Below, piece after piece: positions 1 to 12,880 of a stretch of DNA of 64,000 bases. How positions within the stretch are numbered: the stretch's first letter is position 1; every line of letters starts with the position of its first letter. This DNA is from Podospora anserina (taxonomy: Eukaryota). Location: the NCBI GenBank assembly GCA_017654855.1, contig CM030336.1, positions 2,542,001 to 2,606,000 on the forward strand. The letters are read 5' to 3'. The notes below the pieces were generated by a model. It was not told where the DNA came from, ran no database searches, and saw only the letters and a list, made by a program, of their open reading frames with translations. The translations under genes and the position numbers were made by a program.

Positions 1-540
1 CTTAATTTACTTCCCTCCTTAATTCTTTATTAACTTTAATTATTATTATTAAAGGAAATAAGTACGTCGTAGGTTTTCCTTTTAATTATAAAAGGTTTAA
101 ACTAAGTAACGTATTAAATAATTTTTAATAATTAAATAAAATAGTAACCTCTTTTAGGTTCCGTACTCTTATAATAATAAATTCGCTACTCCTCTTTAGA
201 CCTATAATTACCTATCCCCTTACTTATAATTATTTAAGATTATTAATAATATATTTTTCGCTTAATTATATATTTAGTTTTATAGGATAGGAGTAAGCTC
301 CTAGAATTCTTTAAAAACGAAGGGAGGAAATCGTTAGGTTACTAATTATAATAATTCGATAGGGATAGAAATATACTTTAAGATCCGAAAAGTGAGGGTA
401 CTTTTCTCTTTAATTAAAGGAGAATAGATAAAGGAATAGTAAAATTATATCGTTTTCCTTTCTTTTTATTAAATAATATTTTTTTTTTTTTTTTTAATTT
501 ATAAAGGATTTTTTTCTTATATACGTATTTACTTACTAGT
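1..540. mobile_element. RIP-degraded repeat relic, family not identified
   Basis: Extremely AT-rich, TpA-rich, CpA/TpG-depleted and without ORFs, as expected after RIP. Confidence 0.5.
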
Positions 541-589
541 TTATAATAATTAAATGCGAAGGGAGGTTTGGTTTGGGGTGCGGCTATAG

Positions 590-933
590 GCCTAAAAATA
601 TAAGTAAGGAAGCAGGGCTTTTAGAGGACTTAGGGGTTCAGGGGTTATATATATAAACGGTCTACTTCGGACATTCTATTTTAAATAGGACATCGACTTT
701 TATTCTTTTCTTCGTATTTTGTGCCTTACACGCGTGCAGGCAATTCTGGCCCTCTGATCAGGCCAATCCGGTGCTTATTATATGGCCTGCGAGCCCATAG
801 TGTCTTTTCTTTATCCTACGTGAAGTGCGGCCTGCGAGCGAGTCACTGTCACGCAGGTGTGTTTATTCTGAGACTTGTTGAGGGTATATTTGTGGTGTTG
901 TGGTTGTTTTATGTGTTTTCTCACCATTTCAAT
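590..933. repeat. Possible LTR of a third family (boundaries uncertain)
   Basis: GC-richer island inside RIP'd DNA with a TATATATA box (~645-655), ending TTTCAATA (possible RIP'd TTTCAACA). No partner copy seen in the window. Confidence 0.3.
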
Positions 934-1187
934 ACTTAGGATAGAGTTATACCGTATTTCTTTTATAAAATATATATTATAAAAATATAGGTATATCTTT
1001 TAGTAACTTCGCGATTTTAATATTAACGACTTTCTTATTTTTCTAATATTTTTTTAATTTTTATATATAAGTTTTATAAATAATAATATTTTTTACGAAA
1101 TAGCGATCCTATACTTACCGTACTACCTCTTTAATATCGTTTACTTAATAGGTCCTTCCTATTATATAATATTATTATCTTTAGCGA

Positions 1188-1571
1188 TGTGACGAACCCC
1201 TATACAGAACCTCTAAAAGGGATACTGGTTAAAGGTAACTTCTGACAATTGGTTCGGTGCAGCTAAACAGTGCACAACAAGATGTCTTAATGTAAACACT
1301 AGATACCGTGAATACAAGCTTGAATTGCATACTGCGGAACTGTCTATCTACACCAGCTAGTTCCTCCGTATATATAGACCCTGTGCCAAGCCTGGCACTG
1401 TCCTGGATCGATTGACTCGACTATCGATCCTATCGATACTGTCCCTTTTGGGATTGACTCTTCTGGATCGATCCTCGATCCCAATGATCCTGCTCTAATT
1501 GGTCCTCGCTCCTGTATTAATGATTGGCCCGTGGTGCGCCCCGCGCCCCACTAAAGTGTTAAGCCGTGACA
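1188..1571 (-). repeat. Solo LTR (384 bp), crapaud-type, with 5-bp TSD AGCGA
   Basis: TGTGAC...GTGACA termini; AGCGA at 1183-1187 and 1572-1576; same subfamily as 62603-62986. Confidence 0.93.
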
Positions 1572-2863
1572 AGCGACCTCCGTAAGGATTTCTATAGTAA
1601 TTTATATTAATCGATCCTAAAATACCTATATTTAAAGGTCTCTTTTTTTATACTTTACTTTTAGCCTTTTTATTATTTCCCGTAGCCCTTAAAACTTTAC
1701 TTCCTTTTATTCGGCGTATTAATTAAAGTTTTTTTCGAAATTTATTATTTTACTTTACTAGTACCCGATAACTACGACTTCCATAACCTTCGGTCCCCTT
1801 AATATAATAATTATTATAATAACCTTTTTTTTTTTAAATTATTTAGGTATCCGGTAATCTTTTTTAAAGTATTTTACTTTACTATAATTATAATATTTAT
1901 AATTATTTTTACCCTAGCTTTAACCATACGGCTTTTATTACTATATAGCGTCGATATTTATAAGTCTCGAGTATATAGTACTAAAGTAGTTAATAGTTAG
2001 GTATTATTATTTATATTTATTATTAAAGCGGTAATTTCCGTAGTAACCCTGATTATTATAATTTCTCTTTTTTATACGATATTAAAATTATTTATTATTA
2101 ATTTATATAACTATAGTAATATATTTATTAATAGTATTAGGCTTTTCCTCTCTATATAATTCGTCCTTTATTTTTTCTTTAAAGCTATTATAAAAAGTCT
2201 ATATTAACCCTTTATCGTTAATTTCGTTATGTAAACTATCGATTTTAAATTAAGTAATGTCTTTCGTTATTAAATATATTTACCGTAAGTTCGCGAGTCT
2301 CTTTTATACGCACTTACCTTTATTATATTCTTTAAATATTTCCCTAAACTTTACCTCGAAAATTCGGTAGTTCCGAAAATACTAAATAATAATTTCCTTT
2401 TAATCCTCCGCTACTATTTCGTAATAATTATTAAAAATAGGTTTAAATTAAATAAAAGTTTTATCTTTAAGCCGGTAGTTATATATATTACTTTCGATTT
2501 TTTTATATTAAACTATTCTGGGTAGTAACGAAAGTAGGTTTTAAATTAAATTAAGAAACTTCTAAACTCTACCTTTCCGCCTCTATAGCGCTCCGGTACC
2601 GGAAACTTAATTACGTGTGTAGGCCTAGCCGCCGAAAAAGTAAGAACCTGCTCCTTAGTCTATTAAGCTTCGGCCTTAAGCTCTTTAACGCGATTAATAA
2701 ACTGTTAAGCTATAGTGACTTTAGACTTAGCGTTTACCGTAGAAGGTCCCTCGATAGTTAGGTTAGGCGGAACGCTTCCTATCTAAATATTTTTAGGTTA
2801 GGCTATAGTAATAAAAAAACGCTTTTAATTTATTTATAATAAAGTTAAAGTAAGTATGTAATG

Positions 2864-3258
2864 TATAACGAACCTCTATATAGAACTTCTAAAAGGGATA
2901 TTAATTAAAGGTTATTTTTAATAATTAGTTCGGTATAGTTAAATAATATATAATAAAATATTTTAATATAAATATAAAATATTATAAATATAAGCTTGAA
3001 TTATATATTGCGGAACTATTTATCTATACTAGTTAGTTTCTCTGTATATATAAACCTAGTGCTAAGTTTAGTACTGTCCTAGATCGATAGACTCGATTAT
3101 CGATCCTATCGATACCATCCCTTTTAGGATTAACTCCCCTAGATCGATCCTCGATTCTATTAATCCTATTTTAATTGGTCCGTGGTACGCCCCTCGCCCC
3201 ACCAAGTGTTATTGGTCCGTGGTGCGCCCCGCGCCCTACTAAGTGTCAAGCTGTAACA
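2864..3258 (-). repeat. 5' LTR of the truncated element, with an internal ~37-bp tandem duplication
   Basis: RIP'd homologue of 1188-1571; ATTGGTCCGTGGTRCGCCCC... occurs twice (~3174-3246). Confidence 0.85.
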
Positions 3259-3512
3259 CACTTACTTAATACTTTATTAGCCTTACGAAGCAAAGAGACT
3301 TCTATACGAAGGAGAGCCACTTAATATATTATAACCGTTATACTTTTAGTAAATTAGTTTACCGTAATTAATATTAAAGTTAGGGAATTATTTTAATAAT
3401 TAGTAATACGAGTTTTAATTAACGTTAATTATAAATTAATTTTTCGAAAGTTATATAGTATTTAGGAAACTTAAAATTATATAATACCGGGCCGTAAATT
3501 TAAAGGTATTAA
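3259..3512 (-). mobile_element. pogo/Fot1 transposase C-terminal fragment (RIP'd)
   Basis: Colinear homologue of ~61221-61475, which lies within a recognisable Fot1-type C-terminus. Confidence 0.75.
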
Positions 3513-3958
3513 TGTGACGAACCCCTGTACAGAACCTCTGAAAGGGATACTGGTTGAAGGTAACTTCTGACAATTAGTTCGGTGCAGCTAAATAGTGCAC
3601 AATAAGATATCTCGATATAAACATATAATACCGTAAATATAAGCTTAAATTATATACTACGGAACTATCTATCTACACTAGCTAGTTCCTCCGTATATAT
3701 AATCCTTATACCAAACCGTAATTAGTCTCCTAAGGCTACTAATCACTTCGGCTTAATCTATTTAATACCTTAATTACACTAATTACTTCTACTTAATCTA
3801 TTTAATACCCTAATTATATTAATTACTTTACTTAGTTTACTTAGTACCTTAATTATATTAATTACTTTACTTTTACTATAATTAATTCCCCTATACGTTC
3901 TCCCAATTAGCCTTTTATTCCCGTAGCCCTATAACCGTCTTATATTAAGATTATAATA
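3513..3958 (-). repeat. 3' LTR (446 bp), subfamily with TTAGTGCCCTRATTACACTRATYACT repeats
   Basis: Same length as and homologous to 9645-10090. Confidence 0.88.
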
Positions 3959-4061
3959 TAATATTTTTCCTTTTAGGCTAACGCCCCGATAGTTTAACTT
4001 ACTTATTTTTTTTATTAATAACCTTAAATAAGTTTTCCTCCTTTATTACTATCCTTCCGTA

Positions 4062-4660
4062 ATATTTAACCGCGTTAAAAAATCTACGCCGAAAGGTCCC
4101 TTAAATACCTTTCGCCGTTAGAATTTTATAGCTACTATTTTTATTTTCGGTAACGAAATACTTCCCTATTCTTCTTATAAGGCTTTTAATATCCCCGATT
4201 ACCGCACTTCCGAGCGCTCTTTTAAATATAATTACTATATATATTCCGGTCGCTTTAATTATAATATCCTAAGCTTTACTCCCGCGTTAATAGCCTTTTT
4301 ACGTTACTAAAAAAAGAAATTAAACGCCGATGAATAATAGGCTCGCATAGTTATATTATAAGCTATTTCGAAACTTTCGCGAATAAATACCTAGCGCCGT
4401 ACTTTAATTATTAAATTCCGTTACTTAGCCGTTTACGAGGAGCGGGTAATTAAGGATCTAAAGCGGGAAAAAGCGTAAGCTTTTTCCACCGTTAATCCTT
4501 TTTTAATTTTTTTCCCTTAATTAGGCTTCCGATATACTAGACTAGCCTAGTTAGTCTTTACCGGACGACTTATCTTTTAATCCTAGCGTAGCCGGTCCTT
4601 CCTTCCTCGCTATTTAAAATACCGTTAGCGGCGCGCCTTTCCTTTCTTAAAGTAATTAAG
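4062..4660 (+). pseudogene. RIP-erased antisense accessory ORF (six-Cys Zn-cluster-like motif plus coiled coil) in the Gypsy 3' region; end approximate
   Basis: One frame from 4062 to ~4520 has only TAA/TAG stops (possible CAA/CAG) and Tyr codons at C-x2-C-x7-C-x8-C-x2-C-x7-C spacing from 4167. Confidence 0.65.
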
Positions 4661-4749
4661 GCATATAGTATTACTTATATTTAATTTCCTTTATACTTTC
4701 TAACTTTATAATATAATATATAATACGTTAATTATTATATTAAAAACGT

Positions 4750-7700
4750 AGGTTCGATTCCTATTAAAGTTTTTAAGTTTCTATATTATCGTTATTTAAT
4801 AGTAATCCAGAGACTCGTTTCTTTTATTTAGATTTTAATCGGTTTAAATATCGTTAATGGCATTCCTTTTATTTATTTAAATAATTAAAATTTATTTTTA
4901 ATTTTTATAAATTATTTATAATTAAATACTTTAATTAATTAATTAAATATTTTAATTAATTTTTATTAAACTATAAATTTAATATTTTTTTTATATTATA
5001 CTTTTTTTTTTCGTTCTCCGTTACGGCCTATATATTTATTTTATTTATATATAATACGGGTTTTAAAAGTAAAATATAAAAAGTATATAATTATAAATAT
5101 ATTATATTAAATAACTTTAATTCGAATATCGTTTTTAAGATTTTCCTTTTAACCTTAAATAGGCTTACTTTTTTATAGTCTAGTTTTTTACTAAGTCTTT
5201 TAGTATGTAAATTACATATAGAAAGGAATATTATATCCCTCCCTTTAAAGTAAGGTCCCTCGAGCCTTTTAATATTATAGTATTTCCGTATCCTTTCCCT
5301 TATAAACTTTAATTTTTATTTAAATTTATTATAAAGTATATATAATTTATTTACTTTAATCTTAACTTTAAGTACTTTTATATTTAATTTTTACCGTAAA
5401 TTTACTTTATATTTAAAGTTTACGAAAAATAATATAACTTTAATCGTTTTAATTAATAATATATTATATATTAATTATATTATAAATAATAATTTAACTT
5501 AATCGTCTTACTCGAAATTAATATAATTCCGTAAATATTATTTTATAATTTAGTTAAGCCGTTCCGTTTAACCGTCCGTCTAAGGGTAGTAAGCCGAAGA
5601 TACTTTACTTATTACTCCGAGTTTTCGTTATTAATGCTTTTTAAAATTTAAATATAAATTAAATATTACGGTCCGTAATAATTTCTTTTAATTATATATA
5701 TATTAATATAATATACCGTAGTACTATATTTACTAATTATTTTACCGATTAAATTTATTTATAAAATAAAAAATATATTTATTTAATAAGTTTATTAACT
5801 ACCGTTAATATACTATTATATTTAACGCCGGTTACTATATTTTTTAATTTTAATAATTTAATAATAAAATTTATTATAATTAAACTTTATAATTATTTTA
5901 CTATTAATAATAACTTTAAAAATCCGTATAATTTATACTTTATAACCCTTAATTTTTTTATATATATAATATAATTAAATAATTTCTTTAACGTTATCCT
6001 TAATCTTTAATTAATTAAAGTATTATTTAATTTTTTTTATAGTTTTTACGATACCTATATATCCTCCGAACTTCGATCCGTAAATCTCTATTATTAATAT
6101 CGTTCTATTACCTAGCCTTACGTATACTCGATTTTTATACTATAATTTTCTTTAATTATTTTTTTAAATATTTTATAACTCTAATTTTTCCTATTAATAT
6201 TACTCCGTAATATCGTTACTTAACCTTCCTTAATATTTATTATTAAAAATAATTTATTTATAATATACTATATAATATTCTATCTATAACTAAAGTAAAT
6301 ACTTAAAAATACTTTTTAACATCTCTTTAAATAATAATAGCAACTCCCTAAATATATCCTTATAGTAGTCGGCTCGCCGGTTAAATACATTTACTTTAAC
6401 ATTTTCCGAACCCTTCTTATAATTAATTTAAAAATTAAATTCCGAAAAAAACTTTAATTATTATATTTACCGTACGTTAAAGACCTTTATAGTAATAAAG
6501 TATTATAGATTTTCATAATCTATATAAATCTATATTTTATAATTAATATTATTAAAATATAATTTCTATTCCTCGAATATTTTAATAATAATAAATAACT
6601 TTTTATTATAAATTAAATAATTTTAATATATTCCTTTTAATTTTTTCGAAAAGAAAATTATTAAATATAGTTTCCTATTATCGTTTTGCTATCCTAATTA
6701 GTTACCGATCGTATAGTTTAATATATTAACCTTAACCTTAAATAATTAATTAGGGTTTAATAATTTAAATACCGGATCCTTTAAAATAATTTCTTTTAGT
6801 TTTTAAAAGGCCTACTCTTTTTCCTACCCCTACCGGAACTCTACGTCCTTCTTAATTAAATAATTAAATAATCGTATAATTTTTATATATTTATAAATTT
6901 TAAAAATTATTTAACGTATATTTATAATTACGGTATAAATTAATCTTTAATTACCGTAATTTTCCTAAATTCTATACGAACCTTATTTAATAATATTAAA
7001 TATTTTAAATATATTATTTTTTATATACGGAACTCGCTTTTTTCTTTATTAATTAAAAATCTAACTTCGTATAGCGCGTCGAATATCTTTTATACGTATT
7101 ACTTATATTCCTTTAAAGTACGTAAGTAAATAAAAATATTATTAAAATAATATATTACTGTTTTATCGAGGTACTTCCGGATTATATAATTAACGAAAAA
7201 TTAAAATATTATAAATATATTAATTAGTTTAAATAGTATTATAAGATATTCGAAATAATTATAAAGTATATAAAATATTATTTTTTCTTTAATTTATATA
7301 TAAATATACCCGATAGGTATATTTAAATATATAAAGTATTATGCCCCTATTAATTAATTTTATAATTTAAATATTAATAATAATAAATAATTATTTTTTA
7401 TTATTTTATTATTTAATTAACGGTAATCTATATATAATTATAAATTACCGTCCTTCTTCGGTATAAAAAATATAAGGTATCCTATTAACGATATAAACTC
7501 CTTAATATATTTTTTTTTAAATTCTTATTTAAATACTTTTATAACTCTTTACTTTATTTATTATTAATATAATAAACTTTAAATAATTATAGTTTAATTC
7601 CTTTTTTTAATTTAATTTCGTAATCTTACGGTCCTTACTTTAGAAATCCCTTTAAATATTTAGCTATAAAGGTTAAATATCCTCGATATTTTACCGGTAT

Positions 7701-9590
7701 TACTTTTTTCTTACCTTTTTTTATATTATTATAATAAATATATTTATTAATCTCCGATATTTTTATTAACGTCGTTAATTTTATTTCTTCGATTTTACCG
7801 TTTATATTAATAAAATATATTATTATTTTTTAAGCTCCTTACGGTAGTACCGTAGAGGGTATTTATTCTATACTTTACTCTATACATACGCCTAATTTTT
7901 TATCGTTAATTAAATATTTCTAAAATTCTTTTAATTATAAATAATTATTATCCCTTTAATCAATATCTAAATTATAATCTTTATACTATAATTACTTTAA
8001 AATTATATCTTTCGAGGGTTCCATATTTATAATATCGAATATAATTAAAGTTATTTTTCCTTCGATTATAATATCTAGAAGTAATATTTCTCTATAAACC
8101 TTTTACGTCGGAAATAGTTTTTATATAACGATCTATTCCTTTTTTTTCTTTTATAATATCCTAACCTAATATACGAACTATAATAAAATTAGATTTATTT
8201 CTATACTTTTATTTATTAATATTATTATTTAAATATTTTTTTAATATATTATAATTTAAAAATATTTATTTTTCTTACCTCTTCCCTATATAATAGCGAC
8301 TTCGCTAACGAATATTAAATTATTATTCTATACCTTTATTTTATACCGATACTTTTAATAATATTATTTATAGTCCGTTAAAGATTACCGGCCCCCGCGA
8401 AAGGCCGTAAATTATTTCCTAAATAATTATATTATTTAAAAGCGTTTTCTTACTCCGGGTTATTTAATAATATAAAGTCTTTTAATTATACCCGCTTAAC
8501 CTCCTTTTATTTTCCGTTTTTAATATATTTAATATTTTTTATATATATATTTAATAATAGTTCTTTGCTTTACCTTATTAATACCTAATAATTATAACCT
8601 TTATAACTTTCGGTCCTTTTAATATAATAATTACTATAATCTTTTTTTTTATCCGAATTACTTAAGTACCTTATAATCCTTCTTAAAATATCTTACTTTA
8701 CTATAATCAAAATATTTAAAATTATTTTTACTTTAATTTTACGGCCTTTATTATTAAATAATATTAATTTTTATAGGCCTTACGTATATAGTTCCCGAAA
8801 CGTAAATCCTATACGGCCGTTTTTTCCTTTTATTATTAAGGTAGTAAGGTCTTTATACGTATATACCTTTACGCTTTTTACGGCATTAATATTATCGATC
8901 GTTAATATAAATTACTATTATAATATATTTATTAATAATTTCCGGTCGCTCTATTCGATATAGTTTATCCTTAACTTCTTCCTTAAGCCCGTTATAAAAT
9001 AACTATATTAATCCTTTATCGTTAATTATATTACGGAATATATTTATTTTAAATACTATAGTATAGTTAGTAATAAATCGAATTTATTTAAAATTAATTA
9101 ATCGCTTTTAAATACACTTACCCTCGTTATACTCTCTAAATATTAATTTAATTTTCTTTTTAAAGTTTTTATACGACTTAAAATACTTCTTTATAATATC
9201 TTCCCTTTCGTCGTACTTATTATCGAAGTAATTTCTTAAAATCGGCTCGAATTAAGTAAATACTTTATTTTTAAGCCGGAATATAATATATATAACTTTA
9301 AATTCCTCGTTTAAGAAACGAAAAAAGTAGTACCGAAAATAAGCCTTAAGTTAGATTAGGAACCTTCTTAATTTTCCTTTTACACCTCTATAGTAATCGG
9401 GTACCTCAAGCTTAATACGCTCTCCCTCCCTACGTAAGGTACTAATTTTCTAATAAAGTATAGTGTTTTTTTATATAAGGGTATTATAAAAAAGGTATAA
9501 TTTATTTTTAAGCTTTTAAATATAAGCGAGAAGCTAGTCGATAGTAAACTAGGTCGAGCCTCCCTAAATATTAACGTTTCTGGCTATAGC
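4750..9590 (-). pseudogene. gag-pol (PR-RT-RH-IN) destroyed by RIP
   Basis: Motif order RT-RH-IN is Ty3/Gypsy type; many RIP stop codons. Confidence 0.85.
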
Positions 9591-9644
9591 GTTATTTTAA
9601 TACTTTTAGTTTATCCGTAATAGAGTTAAAGTAAGTATATAACG

Positions 9645-10090
9645 TGTGACGAACCCTTATACAAAACCTCTAAAAAGGATACGGATTAAAAATAATTTCT
9701 AATAATTAATTCGGTGTAATTAAATAGTATATAATAAAATATCTCAATATAAACATAAAATACTATAAATACAAGTTTAAATTATATACTACGGAACTAT
9801 TTATTTATATTAGCTAGTTCCTCCGTATATATAGTCCTTATGCTAAGCCGTGATTAGTCTCCTAAGGCCATTGATCACCTCGGCTTAGTCTACTTAGTGC
9901 CCTGATTACACTGATTACCTCTGCTTAGTTTGCTCAGTGCCCTAATTACACTGATCACTCTGCTTAGTCTGCTTAGTGCCCTAATCACACTAATTACTCT
10001 GCCTTTACTGTGATTGGCTCCCCTATACGTTCTCCCGATTAGCCCCTTATTTCCGTGGCCCCACAACCGTCTTGTACTAGGGTTATAACA
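9645..10090 (-). repeat. 5' LTR (446 bp)
   Basis: TGTGAC...TATAACA; the leader next to it is shared with 62987-63030. Confidence 0.9.
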
Positions 10091-10524
10091 TTTTGCCCTT
10101 AAGGAAAGAAAAAAAACTATTTTACAGGAGAGAGGAGAGGTCTATATATAAGCCTTCGTAGGCCTACTGTGGGTCCTGTAGGCCCTGGAAGCCCCTATAC
10201 TACTTTGAGGTATTTGGTAGGCTTAGGTGGGTCTAGTGTAGACTCACGGAAATCTATAGAACCTTCGGTAGCAGAGGTGCCCTGTAAATCACACTATTGT
10301 AGCAACTTACTACGTAAGCCTGTAGCCACTTTGGAAGGTTCTAGTATCCATTGACTAAGCCTTAAGCTACAGTAGCCCTGTAAGCCTTTAAGGGTCTCTT
10401 GTAAAGAATATTCTAAAGGGATCCAAGCCGGGAAGTTCCATTACTGCTTATAGCAGTACTGCCCACTGTAATATCAATCTGTAGGGCAATAAGTAGGGCA
10501 CTTAGTAGTACCCACACATTAATA
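10091..10524 (-). repeat. Truncated LTR of a second family
   Basis: Near-identical reverse complement of 61553-~61986; cut by the crapaud LTR at 10090. Confidence 0.85.
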
Positions 10525-11233
10525 TATCTATTTACGGTTATCAAGTTAAACTAATTTTACTTTATTAAAGTCGTCCGAAGTTATAACTATTATACCTATA
10601 AAAATAATATTTATTATAAACTTAATTCCGTTAAAATTATAAATATTATTATTTATAATACTATATTTAACTTTAATATTCTATATAAACATAAATCACT
10701 TAGTAATAACCTTTAAATCTTTACACTTAGTTTTCTAATAATCGTATTTATATATATAATATATACTGAATTATAGCTAGCGTTTAATAAAGTTATATAC
10801 CTAAAGCTTACTAATAGAAGGCGCGTTACGTACGTATAATAGTTAATTAACTATATCTCTTATACTACGTAATTTTAGTGGAAAAACTTACGTATATAGC
10901 TTAATAACGTATTAAATAATAGCCTCCTCTTCGGATTAAGTAAGCTTCTTTAATTTAGGCGTAGTATCGCGTCGTGCAGGCCGGCTAGCGCGCCGACGCC
11001 CTAGAGTCTTACGATCGACTCTATAGATCTTAACTGCGGCTTGTTCGCTTAGATTCTTCTTGTTTTAAAGTACTTGGAGGGCTAAAATTATATGGGCTTC
11101 ATTTGAATTAGAAGGCATCTTGGATGGTTAAGGAAATTATTGTTGAGTGCGAAGGTGTTATGTTACGAAGGAAGTGGGTCACTCGCTTATATGGGTCACT
11201 CGCTTATATGGGTCACTCGCTTATAATATACGT
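10525..11233 (-). mobile_element. 5' part of a pogo/Fot1 (Tc1-mariner superfamily) DNA transposon
   Basis: ATG at 11118 gives MPSNSNEAHIILALQ...KIYRVDRKTLGRRR...KKLT (HTH-psq/CENP-B type). End reads TA|ACGTAT with TA target at 11234-11235. Confidence 0.85.
11175..11233 (-). repeat. Transposon terminus with 3 x 17-bp subrepeats TGGGTCACTCGCTTATA
   Basis: Three perfect tandem copies at 11175-11225, then ATATACGT|TA. Confidence 0.85.
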
Positions 11234-11319
11234 TATCACGGAAAGAAAGTGTAGTACATTTTATTATATTTAAGTCGACAGCATCCCATAGCTCACTACC
11301 GCGTCCATCTTTGCGAAGC

Positions 11320-12880
11320 TTCCGCTGCCACTGCTTACTGCTTCTAGATTTCATAACCCAAGTGCGCCTTCAAAACCTCTTTTTCGTATCCCAACAACTC
11401 GATCCTTATATTCTGTTCTTCTTCCACGACTGCGGCGCTTCAACCATCAGGACGTCATCAGCCCTTCCTGATAGCCAGATTCTTTCACGCAAGACACTCC
11501 ATATCTTCTGGTCTTGCCCGTCATCATTCTCCACGCATTCTATCATCAAAAATCCATCTGATTGGCCCACTGGAATTATACCCCTGACCGAAGTCGTACT
11601 GGGGTCTTCCCCCTCGTCTTGAAAGACGTGCCCAAGATTCTGACAAGCCTCGCGTAGAGAGATTCCGCTTATCACGGCATTGCCCAGCGATGGCAGTGAC
11701 GGGTATGTTGCTGAGATCCACCCCATCAATGTAGCCTGCACGTTGGAGGTCTCACCCCATCTCAGTTTGATAAGGCGTTCGATTTGAAGAACGGACAATG
11801 CAGTCTGAAGTCTCGAAAACTGGATGTTCTCTTGTGCCACACACTGCAGAGCAAGGTTCTTGATGATTTTCATGACGACCCAAATCTTGGCAGACACAGC
11901 TCTGTCAAGCCGTTCCGTCAAACTCTGCGAGCAAGAAATGGCAAAGGCTGGAGGCTGAGAGACTTGCTGTGCAAGAAACTCCATAGATGGATAAAGGAAG
12001 AGCATCATCGTTTTCGAAATTGGGAGCGTCATTGGCAACTCCTGGCTTTCCCAGTTCCTGTTCTGTTGGCCAAGCAGGCTGGATGGACCAATAGCCGTCA
12101 GCCAAAAGGCCATCCGTCGCGCGGAGCTGTGAGCAATAGTCTTTCTCGCCCAGAATATTCAACCATTGTCTTCCCGAAACATCGATCTCTGTCAGAAACG
12201 TACAAAGCTCTTTAGCCAAAAAGCATAGCGTGAGATCCTTTGACTCCGAGACTCGTTCGAGCTCGGCTTTGATCTTCTAGATAGTGTCGTTTGCTTGCTT
12301 GATGTCGTTGTCCTTTTCGTGGGTCAGGACTGCTATCTGTCGTTCTTGGCTAGCTATGGTACCCTCTGCCGCTGTCAATTGCTGATCTTTGGTACTCGAC
12401 TCTTGTTGGAACTGCTTCTCCATGCTTGTGATTTTGTCGTTCATCCGTCCCAACTCTTGTTGATGATCGTCCTTGACCTTTGCGAGTTCAGCTGTTAGGG
12501 TAGTAACGGTGGTGCCGACAACAGCCAGCTCTTCGACCTTGGTGGTCAGTTCGTGCTTGATAATCCCGATCTCTTGTTTCTTATTGTTCAAATCCTGGGA
12601 TTTCTTTTCGATTTCGTTGACCTTTGGGGCGAGCTCTTCATCTTTCGCCACGAGTGCATTCTTCCGTATACCCAAACTCGATGCAAATATCTTCGTACCT
12701 TACATCAGTCTCTTCCTTCATCTCAAAAAGTCGATTTTGCGTTGAATTGAGCTCATCTCTCTTCGCCACAAGTTCATTTCGCAACACTACTAGCTCCTCC
12801 AACTTTGTCCCAAGCTCTCTGTCTTTCTCGAAGAGCTGGTATTTCAGACGCTGGAGCTCATTGCTCAGCTGCTTAGAATA
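11320..12880 (-). pseudogene. Disrupted coiled-coil protein gene
   Basis: Heptad-rich segments spread over several frames (12880-12680, 12675-12277, 12219-11905, 12113-11406), with an in-frame TAG at 12277 and frameshifts. Confidence 0.6.

Larger units (their letters stand above)
934..3258 (-). mobile_element. Truncated RIP'd Ty3/Gypsy (crapaud-type) element: 5' LTR plus gag region
   Basis: LTR at 2864-3258. The internal 1860-2863 segment is the reverse-complement homologue of 62987-64000, and de-RIP reading gives gag-like ...FYDGLKEEVKDELY.... Confidence 0.8.
3513..10090 (-). mobile_element. Full-length-sized RIP-inactivated Ty3/Gypsy LTR retrotransposon (crapaud-type)
   Basis: Two 446-bp direct LTRs and a PPT-like tract next to the 3' LTR. 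De-RIP'd minus-strand motifs: gag (~8600-9590), RT YLDD (~7140), RNase H DASD (~6720), integrase YHPQTDGQTERLN (~5570) and GPY (~5255). Confidence 0.92.

Noticed and set aside
4700-5000. Chromodomain at the integrase end
   Set aside because: Too RIP-damaged to recognise the motif.
10169-10354. 61-aa ORF, also present at 61723-61908
   Set aside because: Lies within two copies of the same LTR and has a non-ATG start; the conservation reflects repeat identity.
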